From the IMG/VR virus record IMGVR_UViG_3300021977_000001: a stretch of 64,000 nt of DNA. One strand, written 5' to 3'. The notes beneath the pieces are model-generated. The model was given only the letters and a program-made list of their open reading frames with translations, had not been told where the DNA came from and did not search any database. Source of the stretch: a virus. Position numbers and translations under genes: made by a program. Positions 8,266 to 16,947 of the stretch are shown here, one piece after another. Positions within the stretch are counted from its first letter, which is position 1. The number at the start of each line of letters is the position of its first letter.

Positions 8266-9039
8266 TTATTCGCAAACGCCTACGTAATGGTTACCACTGC
8301 CCTGCTTATCACAGATACGCTGGTTACGTAAACGTTCATCATCTCCAATAGGATCTTTTAAATCCCAGTAGTATAGATGCATAAGTTCGTCGTTGGTAAT
8401 ATCTATACCTAGAGGAACGGCGTATGCGTCTAGCATGTATAAATAGATACGCGCTACGTCACCGCGTTTAATATCACGTATCTCTACAGCCTCTGAGGTA
8501 ACCTCTACGTCGCATCTTCCAAAGTCCCTCGCCTCACCTATGATGTTAGCAAAGGGTTTATCAGAACGTAGATTGTTAAGCTCACCTATAGCAGGTACAA
8601 CGTTAACAAGATCATTCTGCGCACGCTCGTAGACCAGATTCGTTTTCTCACAGCACGCACGTGATGACATCAGGTCACCATCCGACTCGTAGCACTCTGA
8701 TATCTCTTCACGACCCTCACCCCAACACTGTAGCGCTCCACCTATCTTTGAAGCAGGCATGACGTGTTCGCCTTCTACGCGATTAGCACGTGTAGACGTT
8801 GCACTTATAGGCTGATAGTCGCAGTCGGAATAATCTACTTGCTTATCTTCTGTAAACCCACATCCACAGTAAAACGTCTGGTTTAACGGACTAGCATGTA
8901 CATCTTCAATCATCCAGCGGGTTGTAGTTGAAAATGACTTAGGAATGTCTTTAGCATAGCCGGTACTTGCAGACATGATAATACCAATAGCAATAACTGC
9001 TAGTAGTATGGTGAATAGTCCTACTGATTTTTGTTTCAT
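8266..9039 (-). CDS. endA: endonuclease I (EndA/Dns/Vvn family) with Sec signal peptide
   Basis: TFYCGC, RANRVEGEHVMPA, NDLVNVVPAIGELNNLRSD, FGRCD, RGDVARIYLYM, ERLRN...QGSGNHYV. Start MKQKSVGLFTILLAVIAIGII at 9039 (AAGGA RBS; ATGA overlap with the upstream stop). Confidence 0.9.
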   Translation of the reverse strand: MKQKSVGLFTILLAVIAIGIIMSASTGYAKDIPKSFSTTTRWMIEDVHASPLNQTFYCGCGFTEDKQVDYSDCDYQPISATSTRANRVEGEHVMPASKIGGALQCWGEGREEISECYESDGDLMSSRACCEKTNLVYERAQNDLVNVVPAIGELNNLRSDKPFANIIGEARDFGRCDVEVTSEAVEIRDIKRGDVARIYLYMLDAYAVPLGIDITNDELMHLYYWDLKDPIGDDERLRNQRICDKQGSGNHYVGVCE

Positions 9040-9653
9040 TTTATTATATCCTTTAAAAGGGGTGAGCGTTTTAATAGTTCTTTGTATAATGCAGCAAACT
9101 TCGTTGCACGTTCCGCACAAGCCTTCAGTAAAGCGGACGATGGCTTACCTGTACAGACGTGTCGTTCGAGTATGAGGATGTTACCCAGTATTAATATATG
9201 GCGCAAATACCAATCTAATACCCTATCCTGCAGCATCACGTTGAAGTTAATAACTGACTTCCTATTCCTAGCAAAGATACCACGACCTATTTTAACGGTG
9301 GGGATGCTATCTGGTAGCATTACAATCTCATTAACAAGATCTTGGTATATGGCATTTTGCATAGCCGTGTATGGCAGGTGTTTAACTACAGCCATAGTTA
9401 CACGCGCGGCAGGTTCAGTTAGACCCAACGCGTTGATCTCAGCAGTATTAAAAACGTGTGTTAGTGTAACCGATGAGGTGTTGCGGAATTGGAAGTTTTC
9501 TAGTTGTCTGAGCGATGCTTCGTAAACGTTGTTGAATCCCTGGATGAAATTACTTGCTCGTCTGTCCAAAGACGGATCAAGAAACTGCTTTAAAAACATC
9601 CGGGCTTTGTTGGCTTCCTGCCTTACAGTTATTAAATTGGCATTGTTGCTCAT
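9036..9653 (-). CDS. hypothetical protein
   Basis: 205-aa ORF, AAGGA RBS, translationally coupled to endA. Confidence 0.7.
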   Translation of the reverse strand: MSNNANLITVRQEANKARMFLKQFLDPSLDRRASNFIQGFNNVYEASLRQLENFQFRNTSSVTLTHVFNTAEINALGLTEPAARVTMAVVKHLPYTAMQNAIYQDLVNEIVMLPDSIPTVKIGRGIFARNRKSVINFNVMLQDRVLDWYLRHILILGNILILERHVCTGKPSSALLKACAERATKFAALYKELLKRSPLLKDIIK

Positions 9654-9662
9654 TACCTATCC

Positions 9663-10199
9663 TTATATGCAAACACTTTCTTTAATAAATGCCTTGCCGT
9701 TAATTAACCGGTAAAACGTCTTTGTAAGCGTAGGTGCGTACTGCCCCATGGCTTCTATCTCACACCACGAAACAGTTGGACGATCCCATATAGTAGTACG
9801 ATGGATGTCCATTGCTTTTTCAATAGCAGTTAGGTCTATTGCGTGAGGGTCGTTATGTAATTGCTCGATCTCATCTAAATGAGCATTAGTCAGCAAGTCT
9901 TCATCATACAGACGACCTGACATGATGTTAGTTAACGCAAGAATACGCAGTTGAGCATTATCCAAGCGGTTTACACGACACACCCACTCCAGACATGCTG
10001 CAACGCAATCTGACGACACATTCATGTCAATGCTGTACTGATCAACCAAGGCGGTAGGTAGACCCTTAGCTGGATGTAGCGCGCCTACAACTTGTTTAAA
10101 ATGCGACAGATTAGTTAGGGTAATCAGACGCTTGGCGTTGTCAGCAACACGGTGTTTAGGAGAATGAAATACGGTATTTAAAGGGATTGAATTGTTCAT
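9663..10199 (-). CDS. hypothetical protein
   Basis: 178-aa ORF. Confidence 0.65.
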   Translation of the reverse strand: MNNSIPLNTVFHSPKHRVADNAKRLITLTNLSHFKQVVGALHPAKGLPTALVDQYSIDMNVSSDCVAACLEWVCRVNRLDNAQLRILALTNIMSGRLYDEDLLTNAHLDEIEQLHNDPHAIDLTAIEKAMDIHRTTIWDRPTVSWCEIEAMGQYAPTLTKTFYRLINGKAFIKESVCI

Positions 10200-10322
10200 T
10201 GTAATAATCCATTAATTTATTATTTTGGTTTAAAAGGCAGTAAGCGTGTTTAACGAACACGTCTCATAGTAGTTTAAGGGACACGTGTATTTATATAACG
10301 ATCCAGTGCGGTAGTGGTTTTC

Positions 10323-10787
10323 TTATTCTCCTTTAATAAAGGGCGAGTCTTTACGCTGAATGGCTTTTATTAATTCAGTTTGACACACCGGGCGAATGAT
10401 ACAGGGGTGACCATTAATCCAATTAACCATCCCCATGGTAAGTTTAAGGTCACGTCTGAATGGAAACCCATTTTTAGCATGCAGTGGGTGATGTTGTTTA
10501 TGCATCCATACTGCATCGGTACTTTTATCGAACGTGACAGGTAGACCATGATGCAGCATTAGTCGTTCTATTGCGGTCCATCCTTTAAAGGCGCGAGGAA
10601 ACTCACCCTTTAATGCGTGTCGTCTAAAAGCACGTTCAGTAGGTAGGTCGTTGTTAAGGTGATTTACCATCAACGCATTGAACGCTTTAACCGGCTCGGG
10701 TGAGGTCTCGGCAATGCCTAATAACAACGCTATTCTTTCTTGATTCTTCTGGTAGGCTTTAACATCCAGAGATTTCAATCTAGCCAT
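10323..10787 (-). CDS. hypothetical protein
   Basis: 154-aa ORF with AAGGA RBS. Confidence 0.65.
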   Translation of the reverse strand: MARLKSLDVKAYQKNQERIALLLGIAETSPEPVKAFNALMVNHLNNDLPTERAFRRHALKGEFPRAFKGWTAIERLMLHHGLPVTFDKSTDAVWMHKQHHPLHAKNGFPFRRDLKLTMGMVNWINGHPCIIRPVCQTELIKAIQRKDSPFIKGE

Positions 10788-10801
10788 GTATTATTTGTCC
10801 T

Positions 10802-11353
10802 TTAGGTACTACTTGGTTTTTTAGTAACTGTAAAATCTATCCTATCTGACATCGCCTTCATGTCTTTAAATGGACTAGTGGGTTGAGGAAAGATATCAAA
10901 GTTATCTTCTACGGTGTGATGAAGTTTATTTAACACAACCCCAAACGTCTTTTCATTAATTGTAACAATTAACGATATAAAGAACGCTACTGACGATAAT
11001 AAATACACACCACCTGTAGAATTTATAGAAACAACACAGTGACCATTGACGGCAGCAGTACGATAAAGCCGATTAAATAATCTAATAAGCTTTGATGTAA
11101 AAAACATCCGTCCCAACTTATAGTCTATCTCATCATGCTGTACAAGTAGGCTTTCTATAAATACGGTTTTAGAGGTAGAGTTTTCTAACTCTTCAATTAA
11201 TTCAACATATTCATCTATGTTCCTTAACGGTTCACGTATGGTCATGTCAAATGCATTTAATTCACTTTCTAACTTTTCAGTATGTGAAGGTGTCGATATC
11301 GCCTCAACAATAACACCCTTTAGCAGGCATAGTTTTTTAATATCTTCTTTCAT
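10802..11353 (-). CDS. hypothetical protein
   Basis: Start moved to MKEDIKK (11353, AAGGA RBS) because the listed start lies in the upstream terminator motif. Confidence 0.65.
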   Translation of the reverse strand: MKEDIKKLCLLKGVIVEAISTPSHTEKLESELNAFDMTIREPLRNIDEYVELIEELENSTSKTVFIESLLVQHDEIDYKLGRMFFTSKLIRLFNRLYRTAAVNGHCVVSINSTGGVYLLSSVAFFISLIVTINEKTFGVVLNKLHHTVEDNFDIFPQPTSPFKDMKAMSDRIDFTVTKKPSST

Positions 11354-11368
11354 GTGTAAATCCTTAGA

Positions 11369-11397
11369 GGGCATAAAGCGAGAACCCGAAGGTTCTC
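11369..11397 (-). terminator. UUCG hairpin + TTTATGCCC terminator
   Basis: GAGAACC-TTCG-GGTTCTC then GCTTTATGCCC, directly after stop 11406. Confidence 0.7.
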
Positions 11398-11405
11398 TGC
11401 TCTAT

Positions 11406-11555
11406 TTATATCTTACAGGCCCCGCCTTCACAGTCGTCAACATCACCTTCCGTTAAAGCTTTTGCTTCTTCGTTCTGCTCTGCCATACGCTCTGCGTTAG
11501 CGCGTTCTAGGGCCTCTTCATCGATGTTTAAATCGAAATCATCAAAATCACTCAC
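11406..11555 (-). CDS. 49-aa acidic microprotein ending in an RNR-alpha-like redox tail (DDCEGGACKI)
   Basis: Absent from the ORF track. GTG start with AAGGAG 7 nt upstream; MSDFDDFDLNIDEEALERANAERMAEQNEEAKALTEGDVDDCEGGACKI; own promoter motif and terminator. Confidence 0.8.
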   Translation of the reverse strand: MSDFDDFDLNIDEEALERANAERMAEQNEEAKALTEGDVDDCEGGACKI

Positions 11556-11571
11556 GTGATTGCTCCTTTAT

Positions 11572-11581
11572 GTAATATAGG
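11572..11581 (-). promoter_or_regulatory. early promoter motif (CCTATATTAC)
   Basis: TATATTAC match just upstream of the RBS of the 49-aa ORF. Confidence 0.6.
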
Positions 11582-11589
11582 TGTTAAGG

Positions 11590-13026
11590 TTAATCGGTTT
11601 TATCACGCTCTACCCAAATAGTCATGGTCGCGTTTCTAACATGACGATGCTCGCTAGGCCCCGGCTCTATAGCGCTTGAATCTTGATCGATGCGCTGCAA
11701 GGTACCGTAGAGTTTAGCAATATTGCCATCTAATAAATATAGCAGCAATACAGGCATGCCTGGATAGACTTGATCAATATCAGCATTCTCCCAACGTAGT
11801 TGTACGTGAGAGCCAACCTGTCTAGCTAAGCGGCTGTTCTCTACAAACGCATTATGCGTGATAGACTCTTTGCTTAACTTTAAAAAGTTAGTATGGATTC
11901 GGCTTTCTACCGCAGCTTGTACCTCATGGTCATCATCTACCACCGTGGTCACATTAGCACTGCTACTGCTAAAGACATCCATAACGCGATCAGCGTTGAC
12001 GTGGTAATAAGCATTACCCTCGTTCATCTGACGACGCTCAGAATGATCCTTTTGCACTACGTCACCGGTTGCCATCATGTACACTTTACCGTAGTGACGT
12101 TTAGGGTCATTGACTTTAAACGTGCGCTCCACCCCCGGCATCCTGTTAGCAGGCATGTTAGCTATCGTTAACGTTTGTTCAACGCCATCATAGCGCTTAG
12201 TGTGATAGGCAGGATAAATGAACCATATTGTCTTTTGGAAGAAATACCCTATACCTGTCTTATAGACCCCGTAGGTCTTCTGCAAGTAATTTGGCAAATC
12301 AACCAACCGCGTACCCTGAGGTATTAAAATATGGTCATAGACACGTGTGTTATCAGGTTCGACAATATCGGCCCCGCTTACCAGATTCTTTAACTTCCAG
12401 TCTTGATAGTCTTGTGACGTTACCGTTAAACGACTAGGTGGCGTATCTACTTGCTGTACGTTAGCAAAGAATAACTCCATGACTTGTTTCACTGTGCAGT
12501 TTTTAAATATACCGCCAATTTCAACAACTCTAAACTCATCAACGATTTGTTCGATAAGCTGTAGCTCAACGTTAATGACATCGCTACGATCACCTGTTTC
12601 CTGATCCGCAGTGGCTTCTGTAGAGGCTACTACAGAGGGTGATTGATCACCCACTACGATGCATTGATATTCCCATGTTTCCTCACCTACGTCCGATACA
12701 AGCTTACCGTTAGCCGCTGTAAGTACTAACTGTCGATATAGCTTAGCCGTTAACCCTTGTTTGTTAGGGTATATGGCATGGGCGTAGGTTCCCGCACCAT
12801 ACACCGCTTCCACAATCATAGACTGGCTAAACTCACCTTGGAAGTCACGCTGTATATCAACTGCTACGACTTTAATCGCCTCGTAAGGCGTATCGTTAAC
12901 ATATAGCTCTAGGCGGTAACGATAGTGTTTATCTGGGCGATAACGGTCATCGATATCATCGTACTTTTCACGAATGACATCTAATACGTCGTTGTATAAC
13001 GCACTTTCATCTACTATTCCCGCCAT
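11590..13026 (-). CDS. virion structural protein (phiKZ gp101-like)
   Basis: LPNYLQKTYGVYKTGIGYFFQ...WFIYPAY and PGMPV...YGTL recalled from the family; synteny. Confidence 0.65.
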   Translation of the reverse strand: MAGIVDESALYNDVLDVIREKYDDIDDRYRPDKHYRYRLELYVNDTPYEAIKVVAVDIQRDFQGEFSQSMIVEAVYGAGTYAHAIYPNKQGLTAKLYRQLVLTAANGKLVSDVGEETWEYQCIVVGDQSPSVVASTEATADQETGDRSDVINVELQLIEQIVDEFRVVEIGGIFKNCTVKQVMELFFANVQQVDTPPSRLTVTSQDYQDWKLKNLVSGADIVEPDNTRVYDHILIPQGTRLVDLPNYLQKTYGVYKTGIGYFFQKTIWFIYPAYHTKRYDGVEQTLTIANMPANRMPGVERTFKVNDPKRHYGKVYMMATGDVVQKDHSERRQMNEGNAYYHVNADRVMDVFSSSSANVTTVVDDDHEVQAAVESRIHTNFLKLSKESITHNAFVENSRLARQVGSHVQLRWENADIDQVYPGMPVLLLYLLDGNIAKLYGTLQRIDQDSSAIEPGPSEHRHVRNATMTIWVERDKTD

Positions 13027-13580
13027 TGTCGCATTCCTTTAAGATCACTTACGTCAGCTAGCATTTCAGAGATAGGGTGTTTATGATCCTTCGCTACCGC
13101 ATCTTTCACTAGTTTAGTTGGTGACGCCATTGGTGACATGTTCATTAGTTTCTCAACTAACGTCGGCACAGAGGTACTGGTAACAATTTTAATACGTGCA
13201 CTTCTATAGATCATTGACGCTAATGCATCGAGTTGACGTAAATCGTCTTTAGGCGGTTTACGCATGTTAACACGTGTATTAATCGCATCTACCCAATCGC
13301 TTAAGTGACCGACAATGATATCATAAGCGCGCTGCGCATCGTCCCCTGATATAAATGTAAACGCCCCGCCCATCTCTACAATCTCAGCCATTTTGGCAAT
13401 CGTTACCATACGGCGACATTCCTGCTGGGCAAGTTGTTGATCTTGCTGCATGTTACCTGTTGAAAACGTACCAATTGATTCCGCTTCAACTTCAGACACC
13501 ATATACATATTTGCTACCCATACCGTAAATGGGTAGTTAAATAGTTTATAGGCGTTAGAGTGTTTGGGTTGTTTAGCCAT
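13014..13580 (-). CDS. conserved phiKZ-like protein (gp100-like)
   Basis: AYKLFNY..., TIAKMAEI motif; synteny. Confidence 0.6.
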   Translation of the reverse strand: MAKQPKHSNAYKLFNYPFTVWVANMYMVSEVEAESIGTFSTGNMQQDQQLAQQECRRMVTIAKMAEIVEMGGAFTFISGDDAQRAYDIIVGHLSDWVDAINTRVNMRKPPKDDLRQLDALASMIYRSARIKIVTSTSVPTLVEKLMNMSPMASPTKLVKDAVAKDHKHPISEMLADVSDLKGMRQWRE

Positions 13581-13582
13581 AG

Positions 13583-14953
13583 TTATAAATTCCTAACGAA
13601 GACTTTAATAAGAACCAGTACTACCGGTATATAATAGAACTGTTGAAGAGGCGTAGCGCTATATAGCGCGTCAGCTACGTCTTTAAGATCACCTACGCGT
13701 ATCTTATCCCCATCTAGATACTGATCAACAACATATTCAAGTTTAGACATGCGCTCTGCATCACCTTCGTAGAATGGACGACTAAAGACATAGTAGTCAT
13801 CAATATCAGGTGGGTAGAAATCAATACTATCTGGACCTGAGTAAACAATGCTGTCGTCATCTTCTAATGCGTCAATAAGGTGACTGCGTTTTGTACCTTG
13901 TTGTTTCTCACGATGAGTAAGCTCTGAAGCAGGCCAGACTACATTTTGGATACCGGTCATGGCAATCGATGAGAAGAACGGTTGGACCGAAAACTCTTTA
14001 GCTAATACTAGGCGAGATCGTGTAGCGGCAAAACGAAGTAAGTCCGCATCGCGTTTAAGTAACACATCCCATATAGTGACGGTGTCGGTTTCTACATCAC
14101 CACCTACCTGTTTAATAGTTGGGTATTCATAACCCACAACATCAGCCCGAGGGATAATAAGGTGGAATAACTTTAACACCATCGGATCATAAGCTGACGC
14201 ATGCTCACCTTTATCGGTAGGTAAAACGAACGTACGAAACTCTCGACTAGAGAATAACTGCATGTAGTATTCTAACAAGCTGTAATAGTCTTTTGTTAAC
14301 TCTTGTTCTAAGTTGTGATCAGACGTACTTAGAAAAGGATCTTCACCGTTAAGTAAATAATCTTTATTAAAGTAACGCGTCTCAACTACCTTTTCACTTA
14401 AGTCATGTTCTGTTTCTGCAGTAAGGAAGTTAGTCATCCGGTATTCAATACCGTAGACTGTATCACGCAGCATGCTCATGCGTCTAGAGCTAGTAATGGT
14501 GAAAAGTCCTACTCTACCATCGCCTACATCTGCAGTGAACATATCTCCAGTTATAGGCGTAAGACCAGGCAAGGTTGTTGCTGACCCTGTAACCGTAAAT
14601 GAACCGTCTTCTGAGTTTTGATCCTGGCTAAGTTCACCATTAACCTTTATACCCATCCCCACAATTAAACGATATTGTTGATGAACCGCATCTTGCGATA
14701 ATGCTTGGGGGTTGGCCTCTGAACCTTCAGTCATGACCTGACTGTAATAGTTAGTTGTCCATTCTGAGCCCTCTACGTGCGCTAGAAGCGCGTTTGCGGC
14801 TAAGAACTCCGTATCTATCACTTCTTCTAGATGAGCACGCTGAGACTCCTCTGGGTGCGTTATAGGCGTGATGATTTCTTTGAGGCTCTTATCGCGCTTT
14901 TCTAATTGCGTCGCAGTGCGAGCATCTGGCTTGGGTGGTGTCATAAGTGGCAT
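13583..14953 (-). CDS. virion structural protein (phiKZ gp99-like)
   Basis: LLAHVEGSEWTTNYYSQV, PITGDMFTADVGDGRVGLFTIT; synteny. Confidence 0.7.
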   Translation of the reverse strand: MPLMTPPKPDARTATQLEKRDKSLKEIITPITHPEESQRAHLEEVIDTEFLAANALLAHVEGSEWTTNYYSQVMTEGSEANPQALSQDAVHQQYRLIVGMGIKVNGELSQDQNSEDGSFTVTGSATTLPGLTPITGDMFTADVGDGRVGLFTITSSRRMSMLRDTVYGIEYRMTNFLTAETEHDLSEKVVETRYFNKDYLLNGEDPFLSTSDHNLEQELTKDYYSLLEYYMQLFSSREFRTFVLPTDKGEHASAYDPMVLKLFHLIIPRADVVGYEYPTIKQVGGDVETDTVTIWDVLLKRDADLLRFAATRSRLVLAKEFSVQPFFSSIAMTGIQNVVWPASELTHREKQQGTKRSHLIDALEDDDSIVYSGPDSIDFYPPDIDDYYVFSRPFYEGDAERMSKLEYVVDQYLDGDKIRVGDLKDVADALYSATPLQQFYYIPVVLVLIKVFVRNL

Positions 14954-14963
14954 TATAAAACTC

Positions 14964-16499
14964 CTACGCGTACTGTGTTGGACGGTTCGCGGTTAACATT
15001 AAACTGGCAACCGTAAAACGGGAGACTTCTATGTTGTTCTTGTATTGCGCATTTGTACCTTTGATTTTAGCCACCGCGTCCCAAAACTGACGTTTAGGCA
15101 ACCTGCCATCGTCCAGTAAGTTTAGTAGCGGGTCATCTTTTAACTTAGGTTCTAAGGCGCTTAACAAGATACGTGCAAATTCTCCATTAAGTCGTATATC
15201 TTCAAGGCTATCTTCATTTAGTAAAGATAGGTCATTATAAACGCCGACTCGTAAGTGATAGACACGACGCAACGATAGATCTATAGTGGTAAATAGATTA
15301 CCTTGATCATCCATCTCCAACACGCTATCTGACATACGTGTATCATCCTGGTATAGGCTAAAGAATACGGGTGATGACTTTACTTTAGTGGCAAAGGCAG
15401 CTCTATCTTTAAGATAAGTAACCACTTCGTCAATTAATGCAAATTCCCCTAATTCTTCAATGTTACATAGGTAGCGTGGGTTGTCGGCATCAACCGCAAG
15501 TAATATACGAGCCATGGTGGATGTACCCATAGGTACGCTGCTGGGCAGCCACTCATCGAAAGCCGGTACTGAATAACCCATAATGGTAGACAATGCAGGT
15601 AGACGATGGCGGTTAGCAATAACATCTAAGCCTTGATTAAACGCCGTACTTAGGTACATCTCTAGATTTAAGTTAAAGTTTTGATTAGCGTCAAAGTAAC
15701 GCGCTTCTAATAACTGGTTATGTACGACTAGAGGATACTGCATGACGACCGAATGAGGACGATCGAATTGAACGATATAGTCAAATTGACTAATCCAGTT
15801 TCCAGTCTCTCCCTTCTCAAGCTCAGGTACTGATTCAAAATCAAAATACCCTAAGATATCGTGTTGACGTTCTCTGACACCTGGGGTTTTTCTCATACCG
15901 CTTTGATTAGTTAACCAGGTTACTTTAGGATGCCAATATTTATTTAGATACGTGCCAAGATCCTCACCGTAACCCGCTACGGCTTCACGACGTTGATGGA
16001 TCTGGTCTAAGATGACCAGCATCTCTTTAGGGATAAGGTAGTGATACTCGCTCTCATGCAGTAGCTCTTTAAACCCTTGTGCAGTACGTCGTTTAACTTC
16101 GCTTAACCAACGCTCCGCTGAGTTTCTACTCTGTGCTTTATACTTAACACTAATCGTTACCTGCGTCTGACCATAGACTGGTGAGATAACAACACCTAAC
16201 TCAGGATCTTTAAAGATAGGGATGTTACCTCGTGCAAAGATGGTGTTGGTCAACATATCACCATCCATGTATTGGGTTCTTACTTCTAATTGCAAGTATT
16301 CTTCATTAGTAAATGACACATCGCTTTCTTTACCATTAAGGCTGTTACCTATCTGGGGAGTGTTATCAGGATCCCCTGTAAACAATGTTTTAACCTTACT
16401 TAAACCTGTCACTTTCTTTACTTTCTCAACTACCGATAATACGGTAGGGCGGATTACGCTATCGTAACTGTCACCGCAATCTATAGCTATACGAGGCAT
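14964..16499 (-). CDS. virion structural protein (phiKZ gp98-like)
   Basis: MPRI...YDSVIRP, IFKDPELGVVISPVY, LMQYPLVVHNQ-like and PAFDEW motifs; synteny. Confidence 0.7.
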   Translation of the reverse strand: MPRIAIDCGDSYDSVIRPTVLSVVEKVKKVTGLSKVKTLFTGDPDNTPQIGNSLNGKESDVSFTNEEYLQLEVRTQYMDGDMLTNTIFARGNIPIFKDPELGVVISPVYGQTQVTISVKYKAQSRNSAERWLSEVKRRTAQGFKELLHESEYHYLIPKEMLVILDQIHQRREAVAGYGEDLGTYLNKYWHPKVTWLTNQSGMRKTPGVRERQHDILGYFDFESVPELEKGETGNWISQFDYIVQFDRPHSVVMQYPLVVHNQLLEARYFDANQNFNLNLEMYLSTAFNQGLDVIANRHRLPALSTIMGYSVPAFDEWLPSSVPMGTSTMARILLAVDADNPRYLCNIEELGEFALIDEVVTYLKDRAAFATKVKSSPVFFSLYQDDTRMSDSVLEMDDQGNLFTTIDLSLRRVYHLRVGVYNDLSLLNEDSLEDIRLNGEFARILLSALEPKLKDDPLLNLLDDGRLPKRQFWDAVAKIKGTNAQYKNNIEVSRFTVASLMLTANRPTQYA

Positions 16500-16572
16500 G
16501 GGTCTAGTTCCAATCTTTTATATTAATACAATCATACGAATTGGGTATGGCGTTAAATTCATACCATCACTG

Positions 16573-16620
16573 ACGGCATAAGTAGGGATGGTGGCCCCTA
16601 CGACCACCATCCCACCTACT
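16573..16620 (-). terminator. long hairpin + TTATGCCGT, closing the non-coding element
   Basis: GGGATGGTGG / CCACCATCCC stem followed by TACTTATGCCGT. Confidence 0.65.
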
Positions 16621-16865
16621 GACACCACGTGGCGTCTCAGCTAGCATTGTGATAGTCTGTCCAGGAACTATCGGCCGATAGGGAAAACCATGTAAAAAAC
16701 CTATCTGGAGACAATGCTAGGAGGGTACGGTTAAGGAAAAGCACGTGTAGGTAAATAGCCCAACCCAAAACCTACACGTTGTTATCAAAAGAGCGATATG
16801 GCAGGAAGACTCATGTTACGTCAACACACCGCCTAGATAACCAAAGACCGTTTATCCCATCATAA
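16573..16865 (-). ncRNA. candidate ~300-nt structured non-coding RNA
   Basis: No credible ORF. Nested inverted repeats: 16641-50/16711-20, 16651-56/16667-72, 16677-82/16700-05, 16743-52/16770-79, 16781-86/16836-41. Bounded by two terminator motifs. Confidence 0.55.
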
Positions 16866-16869
16866 CTAT

Positions 16870-16901
16870 ACGGCATAAAGCTAGGAGGTTTCCCTCCTAG
16901 C
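16870..16901 (-). terminator. GAAA hairpin + TTTATGCCGT terminator
   Basis: GCTAGGAGG-GAAA-CCTCCTAGC then TTTATGCCGT, after stop 16948. Confidence 0.75.
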
Positions 16902-16947
16902 CTAAGACCCAGATAATGGGATTTTTAAAGCACGTGATGCTTAACGC

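Noticed and set aside
8266-9120. Listed upstream starts for endA, 1604, 10802, 27544, 38560, 48757 and 61611 ORFs
   Set aside because: The extensions overlap neighbouring genes or terminators and lack an RBS; downstream ATGs have Shine-Dalgarno sites or restore a signal peptide.
9031-9525. 164-aa plus-strand ORF
   Set aside because: Antisense shadow of the minus-strand gene 9036..9653, which has an RBS and is coupled to endA.
16573-16865. tRNA, tmRNA or second intron in the non-coding gap
   Set aside because: No T-loop/D-loop consensus, CCA end, tag reading frame or P7 R/S elements were visible.
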